Assembly: GCA_964247055.1 (NCBI GenBank)
Contig: OZ176053.1
Location: 10,602,001-10,666,000, forward strand
DNA length: 64,000 nt
Reading direction: 5' to 3'
Source of the DNA: Paragordius varius
Lineage: Eukaryota > Animalia > Nematomorpha
Shown here: positions 26,901-40,500 of the stretch, piece after piece
Position numbering within the stretch: the first letter of the stretch is position 1
How the letters are laid out: the number at the start of each line of letters is the position of its first letter
Notes under the pieces: model-generated
The model's database searches: none
Seen by the model: the letters and a program-made list of their open reading frames with translations, nothing else
What the model was told of the DNA's origin: nothing
Translations under genes and position numbers: made by a program

Positions 26901-29900
26901 TTTCTTTCAAGTGAATTTTTAATACGTATAAAAATTTTTTAAAAAAATACTAAAAAAGGCATTCTATGGTTTAAACCTTCGGCTTTCAGATAGGCTATAT
27001 TTTTTTTGTTAGTTTTCGTTCTTTCACTTATTAGGCTTTTTTTCTTGAGTTGGTTCTTACAAAAAATTCTTTATTTATACCTAGTGAATATACTTTATTT
27101 TTTAAAATTATTGGTTGTTTTGTATTTTTAATTTCAGATGGATGTTGTGTAGCCACTTTTAGTAGAATTTACTATTATGGGATTAAACCATTTGTATTTA
27201 CCTAATCTTTTTATTCAATTTAATTGTAGAATTTATCTAACTTTATTCTGTGAATTGGTTAATTTGACATGTCAATTTGCCTGGATTTTGCTTGCAAGTC
27301 TCTCTTATCGGGCTTTACGATTACTTATTGTTATCTTTGCCATATCCGGCATAATTGGATCGCTTAGGGGATATGAAGAGCTTGTGCAGCCGCCCGAATC
27401 TATCACACTATACATAAGCCCCTTTTATATTTTTAATACTTTGGCCCTTAGCTTGTTTAGTATCTTATTTAATGCCTAGAATTTTGTTATTCATGCATGG
27501 AATATTACATGTATCGACTTGTTCGTTTGAATATTTTAACATATGTACACGAGGAATGATTGTTATTTTTAAATTAAATACAAATTTAAAAATTAAATTT
27601 CGGAAAAATCCTATTGGTGGCTTCAATTTTCTTTTTTGTTTTGGCCTTTCCATGCCAATAGGTATCAGAAAATTCAAAAATAATGGGGTGGTGCAAAACC
27701 TTGTTGAGGAGTGTTATTATCAAATCGTTACGGCTTTACAATATTTTTGACAGAAAAAAGTGATCAAAAAGGCGTTATAAAAATATTTGTTGAGAGGTGA
27801 GAGTTAAATAAAATTCAACAATTGAAAAACGACTCAAAGTTAAATGTATTGATTCCATTTTCAGAGATAAAATTCATTAAAATGGCCAATATATATTTTA
27901 CCACACCTATATTTAAAAAGTAAACAATTTTAAAGGTTAATATCAAAACAATACTTATATTTTTTCATATATCATAACATATTAATTAACACTTGTGGAC
28001 TTTCAATTACTTTTTTGATATATAGATACTTTTGTAAAAATTCATTTCATTAAGGTTAAACGTTAAGTATTTTGGCCTTAACAACAATTAATAAATTAGA
28101 TTACGAAATGTTTTTATATTTCAAGGTTATAAAGGACATTAAATTCAAATGTAAGCTAAAATAACTATGTGAATCAAATAAAAGCGCTATATTCAAAAAC
28201 AATAGTTTCCTATGTCGATTAAATTAGCTCTCAAATCTAAATTAAATTTTTGGCATAGAATCTTGATTCAAAAGTTATATAGCACAGACTAAATCAAGAG
28301 ATAAAAAAGATATTTTAATAATATTAGTAGTGTAGTACATATAAAATTATATATATATTAAAAAAAACTATAATAATAATAATAATAAAAGGTTTCAAAA
28401 AGAGCAATTATAGATGGTAGAATGGTTATGGGGGCAGACTTGTCACTATACTTGTTAATATATCAAAGATCAAACCCTTAATTTGCCCATTTTTCTAATA
28501 AATGTCCGTCCTAAGAAAGATATTAAATCTTTCAAATGCTTTTAAAAAAATTTCCCTTTATATATAAAGTAAATATAATTTTTGTATTCACATATATATC
28601 ACTAACTTTATTAAGTATAAGTTAGTAGTTAAGCTTTATATTTTGACAAAGGCTGATATACAAACCTATGTTTAAAAAAAAGTTTGTTAATTGAATTAAT
28701 TATGTGACTCAAAATTCTTATAGAGCTAGTTGTGATTTCGCTATACATGTTTATTAAGCGATACCTGAAAGTTGATCGATAGAAAGAACTTTATTCATGC
28801 TAGACATTGAGAGGATAATTTCATCAAATACTGGAATGCTCCCATGGACTAATCCTGTATTACCACCCTATGATAAAATAAAAATTATAAATGGGATGCC
28901 CGATAAAAGAAGCAAAAGCTTGTTAGACAGTTTATAAATACAATCATTTACAGTCACAATCAGTCGATTGATGCTAAAAATGCAATATAATTAAAGTTTA
29001 TGGTGTTATCTACATAAGGCAAATTTAAATAGTGACCAAAATTTTTAAGGCCAGCCTTGGTAAGGTCAGAACTGGTCTGACCCTAGAACCCTGGTTTCCA
29101 AAATGGGGCGTAGAAAAATTTAAAGGGGCTAAAAATTTGGAGAAAAAACCATAAATTTATATGCTTAGAGTTAACTTAATAGATTTATCGTTTGATGTAA
29201 ACAGGGGCGCAAGAATTTTTTTCAATATGGTGTGGGGTGAAAAAAAGGTAGGAACCCTTGCCATAGAAGTAATCAATAAAAATTTTATAAACCTGTGGTA
29301 CAATGGCTAATTTTCTGTCATTACAATAGGAAACAATTTTAGATACCTCTTGAACAGTTTTAGGTCTTAAAACTAATCTGCTTGATCCTATTTATAAATA
29401 TATAATAATAAATTATTAGAAAAATAAATGATTAGCTTTGAAATTTGAAAAGAATACGGCATACATAACAGTACGCTGGATATTATATTCAAAAAAGATT
29501 TTATAATTTGTAGTAAACAGAAAATATATATACCGAAAAGATATTATATAGGTATTCATTCTTATCAAAAATATAATTATGGAAAAAATAAAAATTTTTG
29601 CGAAAACATTGCATTTTAAAAATAATCTTAGAAATTTGAAACATTTCATTAAAATTAAATCTTTTAGAAAAATATTTTATGCTGAATAAAAAAATTACAA
29701 CATACCTTTGCATTCTTGCAACCAATCCACGTTATAGGCATCAAGCAACGATTGATCTGTAATAACTTGTGAAGGAGTTAGAAAGCTATTAAAATAATTT
29801 ATATCCTCGGTTTTTAGATTTGCAAACCATCCTCTTTTAATATCATTATATTTAAGATATGTCGGTTGTGGATGTAAAAATCTTTTTAAAATTTTGAACA

Positions 29901-29901
29901 T
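20926..29901 (-). CDS. D2HGDH: D-2-hydroxyglutarate dehydrogenase, canonical isoform B (~498 aa); shared exons 29901-29706, 29387-29293, 28867-28765, 26075-25882, 25595-25511, 25431-25348, 25286-25194, then 22983-22921, 22797-22678, 21905-21732, 21215-20926
   Basis: FAD domain: [98 protein letters not shown]-terminal half: [59 protein letters not shown]. All introns GT-AG and in phase. Confidence 0.92.
22035..22326. mobile_element. hAT (Charlie-type) MITE in a D2HGDH isoform-B intron
   Basis: Ends cagaagtgtccaaca / tgttggacacccctg; 8-bp flanks tattagat / ttttagat (7/8 identical); internal gcggcccg motif. Confidence 0.75.
23225..24570 (-). CDS. D2HGDH: D2HGDH alternative C-terminal cassette A (exons 24570-24091 and 23772-23225); with exons 1-7 gives a ~625-aa divergent isoform
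   Basis: Acceptor at 24571 is in phase with the exon 7 donor (DK|ACIETV). Open frame contains [51 protein letters not shown] and [11 protein letters not shown], with its own TGA at 23225. Confidence 0.85.
26138..26456. mobile_element. Degenerate hAT-type MITE
   Basis: Starts cagggctgtccaa and has gcggatcgc/gcagcccgc motifs near the right end. Right TIR and TSD are degraded. Confidence 0.4.
26580..27713 (-). mobile_element. Non-autonomous Chapaev3-like (CMC superfamily) element in D2HGDH intron 3
   Basis: Termini CACTAGTCGACAA / CACTCCTCAACAA (inverted, 10/13); TTA 3-bp TSD on both sides (26577-79, 27714-16). Both ends are homologous to the ends of the element at 49150-50746. Confidence 0.8.
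29089..29260. mobile_element. hAT (Charlie-type) MITE in D2HGDH intron 2
   Basis: Ends ccctggtttccaaa / aaaaaggtaggaacccttg; 8-bp flanks ccctagaa / ccatagaa (7/8). Confidence 0.65.
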
Positions 29902-31000
29902 TTAAAATTTAAATACCTAACTGATTAAAATGTTTAGCATGATGATATTTTAAATAATAGCAAATATTAAAACATTATAAAGTTAATATTTTATAATGAT
30001 ACTTTTATAGTAAGCCGAGAAATTTGAAATTATTTATATATCTCCAAAAATTACCCTTGAAGCAATTTTTGCAAAAGTGTGGACCTCTTTATAATTAAAA
30101 ATAAAATGTTGTTGTTATAGCGCCAAGACTGTCTGATTTTTCTTAAAATTGGCCAATCGATTTAGTCCCATGTAAAACTAATGGTTGGTCCCAAAATTTT
30201 AGTTTAAAGCACTTTTCAAAAAACGTTAATAATTCATTTAACAATGTCCACATAAAAATATCCTGATAAAATATTATTATAATACATATATATTAATACA
30301 GGGATATCATGGTGCTTTTTGTAATCACCCTTACCAGTCATTTAACTATTAACTTTTCACATTTATGACCTGGTTTACCTTTAGTTATATACCAGAGCTC
30401 ATCCTAATAAAACCAGTTTTGAATGTTTATTTGGTTAAAATATAATTAGCAAACATAATTCTTATGTATTTAATAAATACATTTTTTAAATATGTGACTT
30501 CTATAGTTTAAAATTGGGACACCCCAAACCCGAACAAACACCTCATCTTAAATCAAAATATATCAAGTTTTTGCTATAATGTAGCCTGGCTTCTTAAAAT
30601 TAATTATTTCCATTTTTTAACCATGATATGCATTTATTAGCCTGTTGCATTAACGATATGAAGAAATTATAGAAAAAAATGGCGAAAAGTTTGAGATAAT
30701 GATTTTTTTACAATTTTGCATTTTTTGTATATGGGCCTAAAAGACTAAAAAAAGCATATTCTTATATCCGGATATATAAATTAAATAGTTTTCAAGATAT
30801 CTAAAGTTCAAATCGCTCTCAGATTAAAACTTTCTCAAAAGGTAATGTAGTGCTAAAATAATTTGTTTTTGTGACTTACCATTATTTTAAATGTAAATTT
30901 TTACACACAAAACTATATATTTAATATAGAACACGAAATTTCAATATTGATATTATTTTAAATTTAACTCAATAAATAATTTTCTTTATTATTGGGATGT

Positions 31001-31500
31001 TACCTGAATAGAACAACTCATTTCAGTCTTTCGATTCAAATTGGTAGTTAGATACCCCGGGGTTGATTAAAATTAAATATTTTAAAAAATATCGAATAAA
31101 TTGAAGCCATGGCATATGTTTCAACTCTCATAACATTTATTCGAAAATACTTGATTATACTTATTCAGAGGTAAAATACAAGGGGATAAATTTAGCCATT
31201 ATATGTGTGCGTAAGCTAAATATATAATTTAGCAAAATACCACTTTTTCTGTTTATATCAAACTTAAATGTGATTTTAATAGAAAATTTTAGGATTAGAA
31301 TCAAATAAACACGATATTTTGCGAAAATGTTGTAAATAAAATTGGGGTCCAAGTAGTATGATACGGGGCTTTTTCTAAAACTAAATTTAATTTAGATATT
31401 TTGGCTTATATATATAATTTTTATCCGGATATAGGTATATTCTTTCAGTAGTTTTCAAAAAATCAACTTAAATATTGTCTGGGGTATTTATATACTCAAA
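31001..31500 (+). mobile_element. piggyBac-type MITE, degenerate copy
   Basis: Contains ctcatttcagtctttcgattcaaattggtagttagatacccc, tggggtccaagtagt and gtctggggtattta, collinear with the intact copies. Termini eroded. Confidence 0.7.
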
Positions 31501-32569
31501 CAATGTAAAATTACTGATTATTTGATTTTTAAAAAAGTTTTTCATGCCCATTGTTTTTATTTTTTAGCATTTTTATGCGACAATATAAATGAAATTCCAA
31601 TTGTTAGTGCGAACAAAAAAGATTTAATATCACAAAACAATTTTTTGCCAGAAGCCTTAGAATGATCATATAATTTTAAAATATTAAAATTGCTCTTAAA
31701 TTTTCTATTATTAAATCAAACCAAAAAATGGCATTTTCAGCTAAGTTTATTAAATGATATGTATCATAAATAAAATCATGAGTCAAAATATAAGATATTA
31801 TATTTTTCGTAAGGTCCTTGGAAGACTTCTGGATTAAAAAATTGCATTTCAGTCATACCAAAAGTTGTTGCGATTAAGCGATAAGTTTAAATCATATAAT
31901 TGCTATATAAAAAAACACTGTGCTAATAAATTGTGTTTATATATGATTTAGCCTTATATTTTGCAACATGAATCTATTTTTATCAACCTTTAACAAAATT
32001 ATAATAACGATATTTTCTTTAGCTGCGTGCAAAAATCACCACATTTTACCATTTTATTAAGTGTTTTAGTCAATTGTGATTTAATATTTTAACGTTTAAG
32101 TTATTTTCTAAATATAAAAATATTGAATCGTAAAAAAAGTAGTCATAATATTAATGTTGACGTTATGTAAATAAATTACTTTAAAATCCTATTTTGATTT
32201 AAAGCTTAAATCATTCTAGACGTGATTTATCAGATAATGTTAGTATAAATTAAAATCAATTGCGTTCTTATTAAATTTCGCGCCAAAGTTTTGATTATTT
32301 TCTTTTTAAGACCTGATAAAATATAATACATTTATAAAGGATATTTCGCTTTTAGGATTATTATTATTATAATATTAACAAAAAATTTTTAGAAGTGTTT
32401 TCCTGAATCGCAATTATCTTGTTTCGATCAAATGTGCGAGAAACAATTTTAGTTTTGGCTAGTAGCTGAAATAATAACTTTTTCTAACATAATCTAATTA
32501 TTTTATTTAAATGATCACTAAGTGTTTTAACTACTTTATCATATATTAAAACATTTTCTTACTGAAAGA

Positions 32570-32900
32570 GTTTTGGAGTGCAGTGTGGTAATCTACCCCT
32601 ATTGAGCGCTATGCGGCCAGCCGTTGGATTAGTTCGACACAATTTAGGGGCATCAAAACGGTTTGTAATTCATGGGCTAGCCCAAAATTGAAAATGGCTC
32701 CATCTTTGTCGAATTCTTTGTAATATTTGTAGTTTTTAAAATATTATTAAAGTAAACATTATGAGCCGAGAATGTTAGTAGGAAACCATATACCGGAACT
32801 TTTTTTGGCAGACATTTGGGTTTGGAAGCGGGCACAAAACTTTGTCTTAAACAAATGATTGACAAGTAGCTAGCTTTGGATCTAGCATTAACGGTTTTTC
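32570..32900 (+). pseudogene. Decayed non-LTR retrotransposon RT fragment
   Basis: Frameshifted remnants RGIKTVCNSWASPKL (cf. GVKQGCPLSP) and HIPELFLAD...KQMID (cf. IPxLLFADD...LQxMID). Confidence 0.3.
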
Positions 32901-32917
32901 TAATGAATATAATAAAT

Positions 32918-33175
32918 CAGGGGTGGCCAATACGCGGGCCGCCAAAAACTTGAACATTCATAATTTGACTCACAAAATCTTAGCAAAATTGATATTTATT
33001 AAACAAGTTTTCTGAATAAGTCCACCCAATTCAACGAATTAGATATTGTCATATTGTGTTTGAATTTTACAGTATCGTGTTTGAAATCTAAAAATATTAT
33101 TAATATTTATTGAATACGGCCCGTTGAAGCTATAGAGTCAAAAATGCATTAATCCATTTGTGTTGACGACCCCTG
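32918..33175. mobile_element. hAT-type MITE
   Basis: Ends caggggtggccaa / gttgacgacccctg; internal gcgggccgcc and acggcccg motifs; 8-bp flanks 5/8 identical. Confidence 0.65.
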
Positions 33176-34507
33176 CTATAAAGAAAAGGTTCTAAAAATC
33201 ATAAATTAATTTTTATTGTAATATATAATTAATAGATTAACGAAATATTTCGAGTCATAATATTTAACATAAAACGCATAATCTCTCGATATTTGGGATC
33301 ATTTTCTAAAACTCTAAATATTTTAGGCCTTATCAAAAAAATATCATCCTTTAAAAAATTTTGTTGGAGCCACATGAGAGTTTTAATTTAAACACACTGT
33401 TTTAAACTTTTAAATGCATGACAACATATCATTTTATGAATGAGAATAAGTCTCTCTTATTTAATCAACCGAAATATATGTGTACTTTTAAGTTTTTGAG
33501 GAGTTTGTACCTATTTAAATTAAATTAGTTAAATATCTAATTTAAATAAATTATGTAGTAGTTTTAATTTTTTCCAATCAATTCCATTGGTAAAAGGGTA
33601 AAACTTCAAAAAAGTACGAATTGTGTTAACAAATTCTATTATCGTTTATTTTGGCGCAAAACCAATGTTGTAACTAGTCTGTTTGCTCAGACTAAATTTA
33701 TTTATACATAAAAGAATAAGAGATATCTTAATATGGCCTTAATTTTTTTATTTCCCGCTTTGTACTACCCATTATAATGTTATTGTAGAAACAAAACATG
33801 TTTACCCCTTTTTCGCTATAGTAAATTTAATAAATATATATATGTAAATAAAAAGTACGGAAACATGGTGCAACATTGTTTATAAAAAGTTAAATAAAAC
33901 ATTTTTTTATTTATTTTGGGCCATGCGTTATTAATTCGCTTTATAAAATGTGATATATCTAGTAATATTTGTTTAAATATGTTTCCTATTTTTCGAAAAT
34001 TTAATTAATAATATCCACCATCAAACCTATGATACCATAAATTCTCAAACTATTTTATTCTACATTCGGCATACATAAGTTAGCAAATATTTAATGAGTA
34101 ATTTTATTTGGCTGAATTGCATTGTCGTTGCATTGTTCTTAGCAATTGGTAACTTATGAAACCTAAAAATAAAATCGGAGTGATGCTATGGCAATGCATA
34201 TCAGATAAATATAATTCAACCATTTTTTTATATAAATAATTCATATCTGAATTACAAAATATATTTTCTTGTATGTTTTTTGTTTCAAATTAAAAAATTA
34301 TTTAGTCTCCAGGTCAGCGCTGAATAAATCAATAATTTAAATTTCAAGTAACAAATACTGTGTATTAGGTTTTGGTTAGTACAGACAAAGTATACAATTG
34401 AAACACAACCTTGACCTACAAATCAAAATAAGACATGCAAAAAATATTTATTAATCAAGGATAGATGTTAAATATTATATTATTTCTGCAAGACCAGCTT
34501 TTGATGT

Positions 34508-37500
34508 TTACCATTTACGATGTTTTTCTGTATTATTTGTGTTGGTATGAAAACTATTTGTGGTTGAATCAAATGTGTTTTGTGGTTTTCTACCCTTTGG
34601 GATGGTAAAAATTTTCATTTTGTTTGAATTTTGTTCACCTGTTTGTGGTGTTTCTGTTAAGCTTCTTTCATAGTCTGTCAATGAATTTGGGTCAGTGTTA
34701 TTATCTGTCATCTCACTTTTAGTGTTGTCGTGTTTTTTGGTACCAATAAAAGTTTCATTATCAGCATAAATACCTGAACTTTTGGATGAAAGCGTTTTGT
34801 AGATAGACATGGCCTACAGGTAAAAGAAATTTTTTTATTCTTTGTTGCAACAAAACTTTTATCATTATATTTGACATTCAAAAAAAGAAATTGGGCACAT
34901 ATAAAAGTCATAAAAGATTAGGCCCTATATAATAAAATTTTTTTTTGAATATATGAATATATTAACGACAAATTAACATAATTTGTTAAATGGTATATGG
35001 AGAAAAATATTTTTTACGTAAAATACCTGAGCTACCATGTTAGAAATGTCGCCAGTTTGGGCAGGTAAGATGAGAGTGTTACTGCTTTTTGCCAGGTTTC
35101 CAAATTGATTAACATACTGTTCTGCTATGGCAAATGAAGCAGCATGTTTTCCCTCCTATTATTATTCGTTTTCATTGTAAAAAAGGATTTTATTAACAAT
35201 GTATTAATAAAAAAATGTATGATAAAAAATATACTAATAAATATAGTGAAACAAAATTTATATACACATATGTATATTGCGTTCATGATCAAAAATTATA
35301 AGAGCTATAAAGCTCAAATTTATTAAAAATATCCGAATTGAGTGGTTAAATTTTAGAATCAAATACTGTTAAAATTTACACCAGTAATTTCTTAAAATAA
35401 TACAAAACAAACTGTTTAAAAATAATTAAGTTTGTGTCTCAATACTATATAACATTTAAAAATGTAAAAATCTTTCAGTAAACCCTTAAAGGAAATGGAT
35501 TAATCAAAAAGAAAGATTTACAAATATCAAATCTTTTTTGATAAGTTTTAAAATATATTTGATATAAAGCATTCAAAAAGTGGTCAGATTAAAAATTAGC
35601 AAAAAACGCATGTATTGTACATAAATAATTAGTGAAATTTATTTTTTTAAACCTTTTAAATTTTAGATACTTAAACTCCTTAATAATTTATCTAATGCAT
35701 AATTTAAACATGTGAATTAGCCTATATTAAAAAACATACATAACTTTTACAAGAACCAGGGTTTTTATTCTTACCCCTCTTTAAAAAAAAATTGAAAATG
35801 TATAAAATAGTTTATATCCGGTTTCCACAATAAAACCTTTTTTAACATCCTTTAGCAAAAAGAATTGATAATTTGGACCAATATATATGGAAAAACTCAT
35901 CCACAAATGACAAAAAATTATAAGGTAATCATTTTATAGAATTAATCATATCTTTTACATCACAAATATTATTGTATTCATATTTATAAAAAATAAAAAT
36001 TTTAATATATCTAATATATAATTAAGCGATCCTATGCATATTTTTTCAATTATTTTGGATAAAGATATTAGAAAAGTTTTTAAGTTTAAAAAATAACAAT
36101 TCCATTTTAAATTTTATTTGGAAGTACAAAGTATAGCATTATGCAGTCCGAAAAATTTAGAAATCCATGATTTGCAAACATATGATCAAAAAATCAATGA
36201 AAATGATTATTCTCAAACAATTTTAGTCGCTATGTTTAGATTTTAGAGTCTTATGCTAGATCCATAAATGCCCACATGTGCGAATTATGTACATATTTCT
36301 GCACAGAATTTTTTTTTCGCTGGAATGAGAGAGTGGTACCAATTGCACGTCAAGAAAATGCCAGAATGCAGAAAAAAATTATATTAAATAGTATACCAGA
36401 ATAAAACGTTCATAGAAATTGGGCAATCCCCAAAACGATCTTTACTCAGTTTTATTGGTAGGAGTCGCACATTAGGTAATGGCGTCAATTTTATTTTGTA
36501 CAGGACGAATTCCGTGTTTCGATAGCTCAAAACCTAGGAATTTAATATTGTCTGATAAAGTTTCAGTTTATCTTTTCTTAACGTAAAACCGAATTTTTGC
36601 AACCTTGCTAGGGTCTCGTTAGGTTTTTATCATATTCATCTTTTGTATAACCAACAATCAATTCTTTGATGGAAAACATATCTCATATTATCCCGACATT
36701 CGACACGATCGCGTCTAAATGTGCGGGATCCACACGGTTCTCGTCCATTGATTTGAGGGACGCTTACCTTCGAATTCCGGTGGATGAGGAGAGCAAAAAA
36801 TATTTGGTAATTACTGCCCCGATGGAATATTTCCAATTTAATCACCTACCATTTCGATTGAAGGTATCCCCCATGCTTTTCCAGAGAATAATGGATGAGT
36901 TACTTAAAGATTGTATGGGCACAATGGCCTACCTCGACAATGTATTGATTGTGGTAATACAAAAGATGAACATGATAGAAACCTTAACGAGACCCTAACA
37001 AGGTTACAAAAATTCGGGTTTACGTTAAGAAAAGATAAATTGAAACTGTATCAGGAGAATATTAAATTCCTGGGTTTTGAGTTATCAAAACAAGGAATTC
37101 GGCCTGTACAAGATAAAATCGACGCCATTACGAAATGTGCGACACCTACCATAGTCGATAAATATACCGATAAACTTCCAAACTTCGACCTCCAAATGGC
37201 CATATTCTAACTTTTAAAAAAATCCAGTTTTGGCCATATATTTTACAAACTGTGAGTATATTTTTTTTACATGAAAAGTTATAATTGAGACCTATACATT
37301 TAAGAATACCAAGTGCGTTTGTGATATCGTCGCTTTTAATTATTTTTTCGACATGATTTTAATAAATGAGTCAAGAGAACTTCGATTATCGCTTGCACTT
37401 GAAGCTTATAATATTAAGATTCACCTATCTGGTTCCTAAAAATATTATTTTTTTCCATCAACAAGCTTTCGCATTTCATCCATGTATCATCTATATATAC

Positions 37501-40500
37501 CTGTTGTGAAAGAAGTATCCGTCTCCAACTCGCTTTGCTTCTCTGAATTTTTTAAAGATAATATTTCAACCACGGAAGACCCAAAAATTGTCTTTTACAT
37601 CACGAATAGAGTTTATAGAATGTGTTTTATCTTTAGAAGTCAAAAAATCACGCCATAGAGGATCCAATTTCCAAATGTTGAATGACTAATTTACCATTAA
37701 CAAAACTATCTAGAGTTTTGGTAATTGTGTAAACATGAGTTTTACCTATTTGATGAACTTCTTTAAATGCTTCTTACATAGTATATTGGCATCGTTTGCA
37801 AATAACTTGATTTTTTTGTCATCGAAGTAATAAGGCGAATTTCATTTGAGAACAATGAATAAATAGGTTGTTTTGTTTTCATGTGAATTGTAAAAAGATT
37901 TAATAAAAAAAAAAATAAAACGAGCTAGGTCATTTTTTTAAGGTCGGGACCTATGACCCTAAATTTTTGACCTGGTCGGCAAAACCCTAGGTGGAAAGCA
38001 AGCTAAGCAAAAAAAATATATTTTATCCAGAGATCAGCGATAATAATTCATCAAATTTTATTTTTTCAAACTTGGCTCTTAACATAATTGATAATTAATT
38101 TTTTTTAAAGCTTCATTAACAATTACGCCATCTCAAATCGTATAATGATTTCCAATGAATTGGATGCATGTTATGAAGATGTTAAATTAATCATAATGGA
38201 ATTGTAAGTAACATTTCATTAATGTTAATTTCTACAATAATATTCGTAGATTAGGAGCGTAAAAATCATTTTTTAACAAATCTATCTATTGACAATCTTA
38301 TCATAGTAAAACTGCCGAATATACCTACCTTTAACACAATGGAAGTATTTATAAAAGATATTGTAAATTTAAAAATTAAGGCGATACCAAACCAAAAGCG
38401 CAACTAACATGAAGGCTGCTAGAAATTTGATCAATAAAAATCAAAAAACAATTTGATTAAAGAATTCGTAAAACTGATTACTGATTGCATCAATCAAATA
38501 AAATCAAAAATTTAGTAAAAAAAACTTTAAACCATTCTAAATTAACGCTATGTTTAGGAACCATAACTCGTTTTTTACACAATTAGAAAAACTCTAGATA
38601 GTTTTGTTAATTGCAAATCAGCCATGCAACAAATGGCAATAGAATCTCTATAACGCAATTTTTGCCCCTAAAAATAAAAACAGTTTATAAACTTTATATT
38701 TGATATGGATGACAATTTTTTGGTCCTCCTAATTTCACAGACGTAGTTAGCGAGTTGGAAGAGGATACTTCTTTCATAACAAGTATTAAATATGGAATGA
38801 ATGCGAAAGCTTGTTGATAAAACATACTGTTTTCGGGAACCAGATAGGTGAATCAATACAATATTTTGGAAAGCGTAAAGAGCAAGCGATAACCGATTTA
38901 GTTCTCTTGGTTAATAAAACCATGTCGACCAAATTATTTAAACAGCGACGATACCACGATGCTCTCAGATGGATGTCTTAATTATAAATTTCTATGTAAA
39001 AAATATACTCAGAGTTTGTATATATGGCCAAAACTCGAAATAAGTTAGAATAAGACCATTTGGAGGTCAAGGAATTTGGGAATATCGGTACATTTATTGG
39101 ATCAGGAGAATAACTTTCATACCCGCTTCAAATAGTGCAACGGAAAAAAATTTCTATGCAGAAATATGCAATATTTCCCAAAAAACCAACCCGTTTCGAT
39201 GAAATCGTTTAAATAAATTAATGGCCAAGGTAGGATATTGACACAACTAACAGGGATGGTGTAAGGTAAAATATTATTGATTAATTTTTTATATTTGTAA
39301 TGTTTATAACCTTTATTAAAATGGTTCAATGACTAGAGCATAAATAAGTATTTGGCTTCAAGAAATTCCTTATTCGGCAGTCTTTTCGCTGTTAATTTGG
39401 TTCTTGTATTGTATTAAATTCAATTCTTAACGCAATATATTTTGGCGGCCATTTAAATCTTATAAGGCCTTATGTATGATTCCAAGAAATATCGTTAAAT
39501 GTAGATATATAATTAATTTTAATTATTGGTGTTAGTAATACTTTTTGAAATATAATTTTTATTTAGAATTTTTTAAATATTTATGTATGTAGCATTTAAT
39601 TTTTAAAAAAGGGTCAAAATCACAACCCTACTTATCTGTTATGCGGTAAATATTTTGGATTAATTAATATTATCCATATTGTTGCATTTAAAAATTTAAT
39701 TTATGGCAATACTATTAAATATAAATCCCAAAATATTTAAAAGGATATGTAACATCATATTGAAATGATTAACACTTGGATACAAGGCATTCATTTCAGT
39801 CCTACGATTCAAATTGGGGTAGTTAGATACCCCAGGCTCGTTTAAATATGTATATTTCAAAAAATATGGAATAAATTAAAACCATGGCAAAAGTTTGCAT
39901 TTATATAACATTATTGCACTGAAATTTAATAAAAATTCATTCAAAAATATTTGATATTACTTATTCAGGGTTATAAATATTTAGTTATGACGACATGTAC
40001 GCACAAGCGAAATACAAAAATAATGCCAAATATACCAATTTTTCTGTATATATCAATGTTACTGTGATTTTAAAAAAGTAAACTTAGTTATAGGCTTAGA
40101 ATTAAATAAACAGGCTATTATGCAAAAATGAAAATAAAAATGGCGTCCAAGTAGTTTGATACGGTACTTTTTTTCAAAACTAAATTTTGTTTAGATATTT
40201 TGGCTTATTCAAACAATTTTAATAAAGATAGAAGCATAAATTTAAATTGGAACCGTTTCTTTCAATAGTTTTTTAAAATTATAAATTTAAAAATTTTCTG
40301 GGGTATTTAGATAGCCCAATTTGAATCGAAGTCTTAAGGTAAAAATGTATTTCGCTAAAGAAAAAGTAATTTTTTTTAAATATATAATAATTTGTAATAT
40401 AGTGATCACTGATTGATGAAAACACCCATGATGTATATAAAAGATAGGGGTGAATTGTTATATAACACATTATTTTGTGTTTATTACTGACACAAGGACA

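Noticed and set aside
27177-27750. Two + strand ORFs (100 and 92 aa) as a nested host gene
   Set aside because: Both lie largely within the Chapaev3-like element, and the second overlaps its terminal sequence shared with 49150-49300. No recognisable family; kept only as possible cargo.
34094-34148. Signal-peptide-like mini exon MSNFIWLNCIVVALFLAI followed by a GT donor
   Set aside because: No convincing downstream exon; hydrophobic short ORFs are expected in T-rich DNA.
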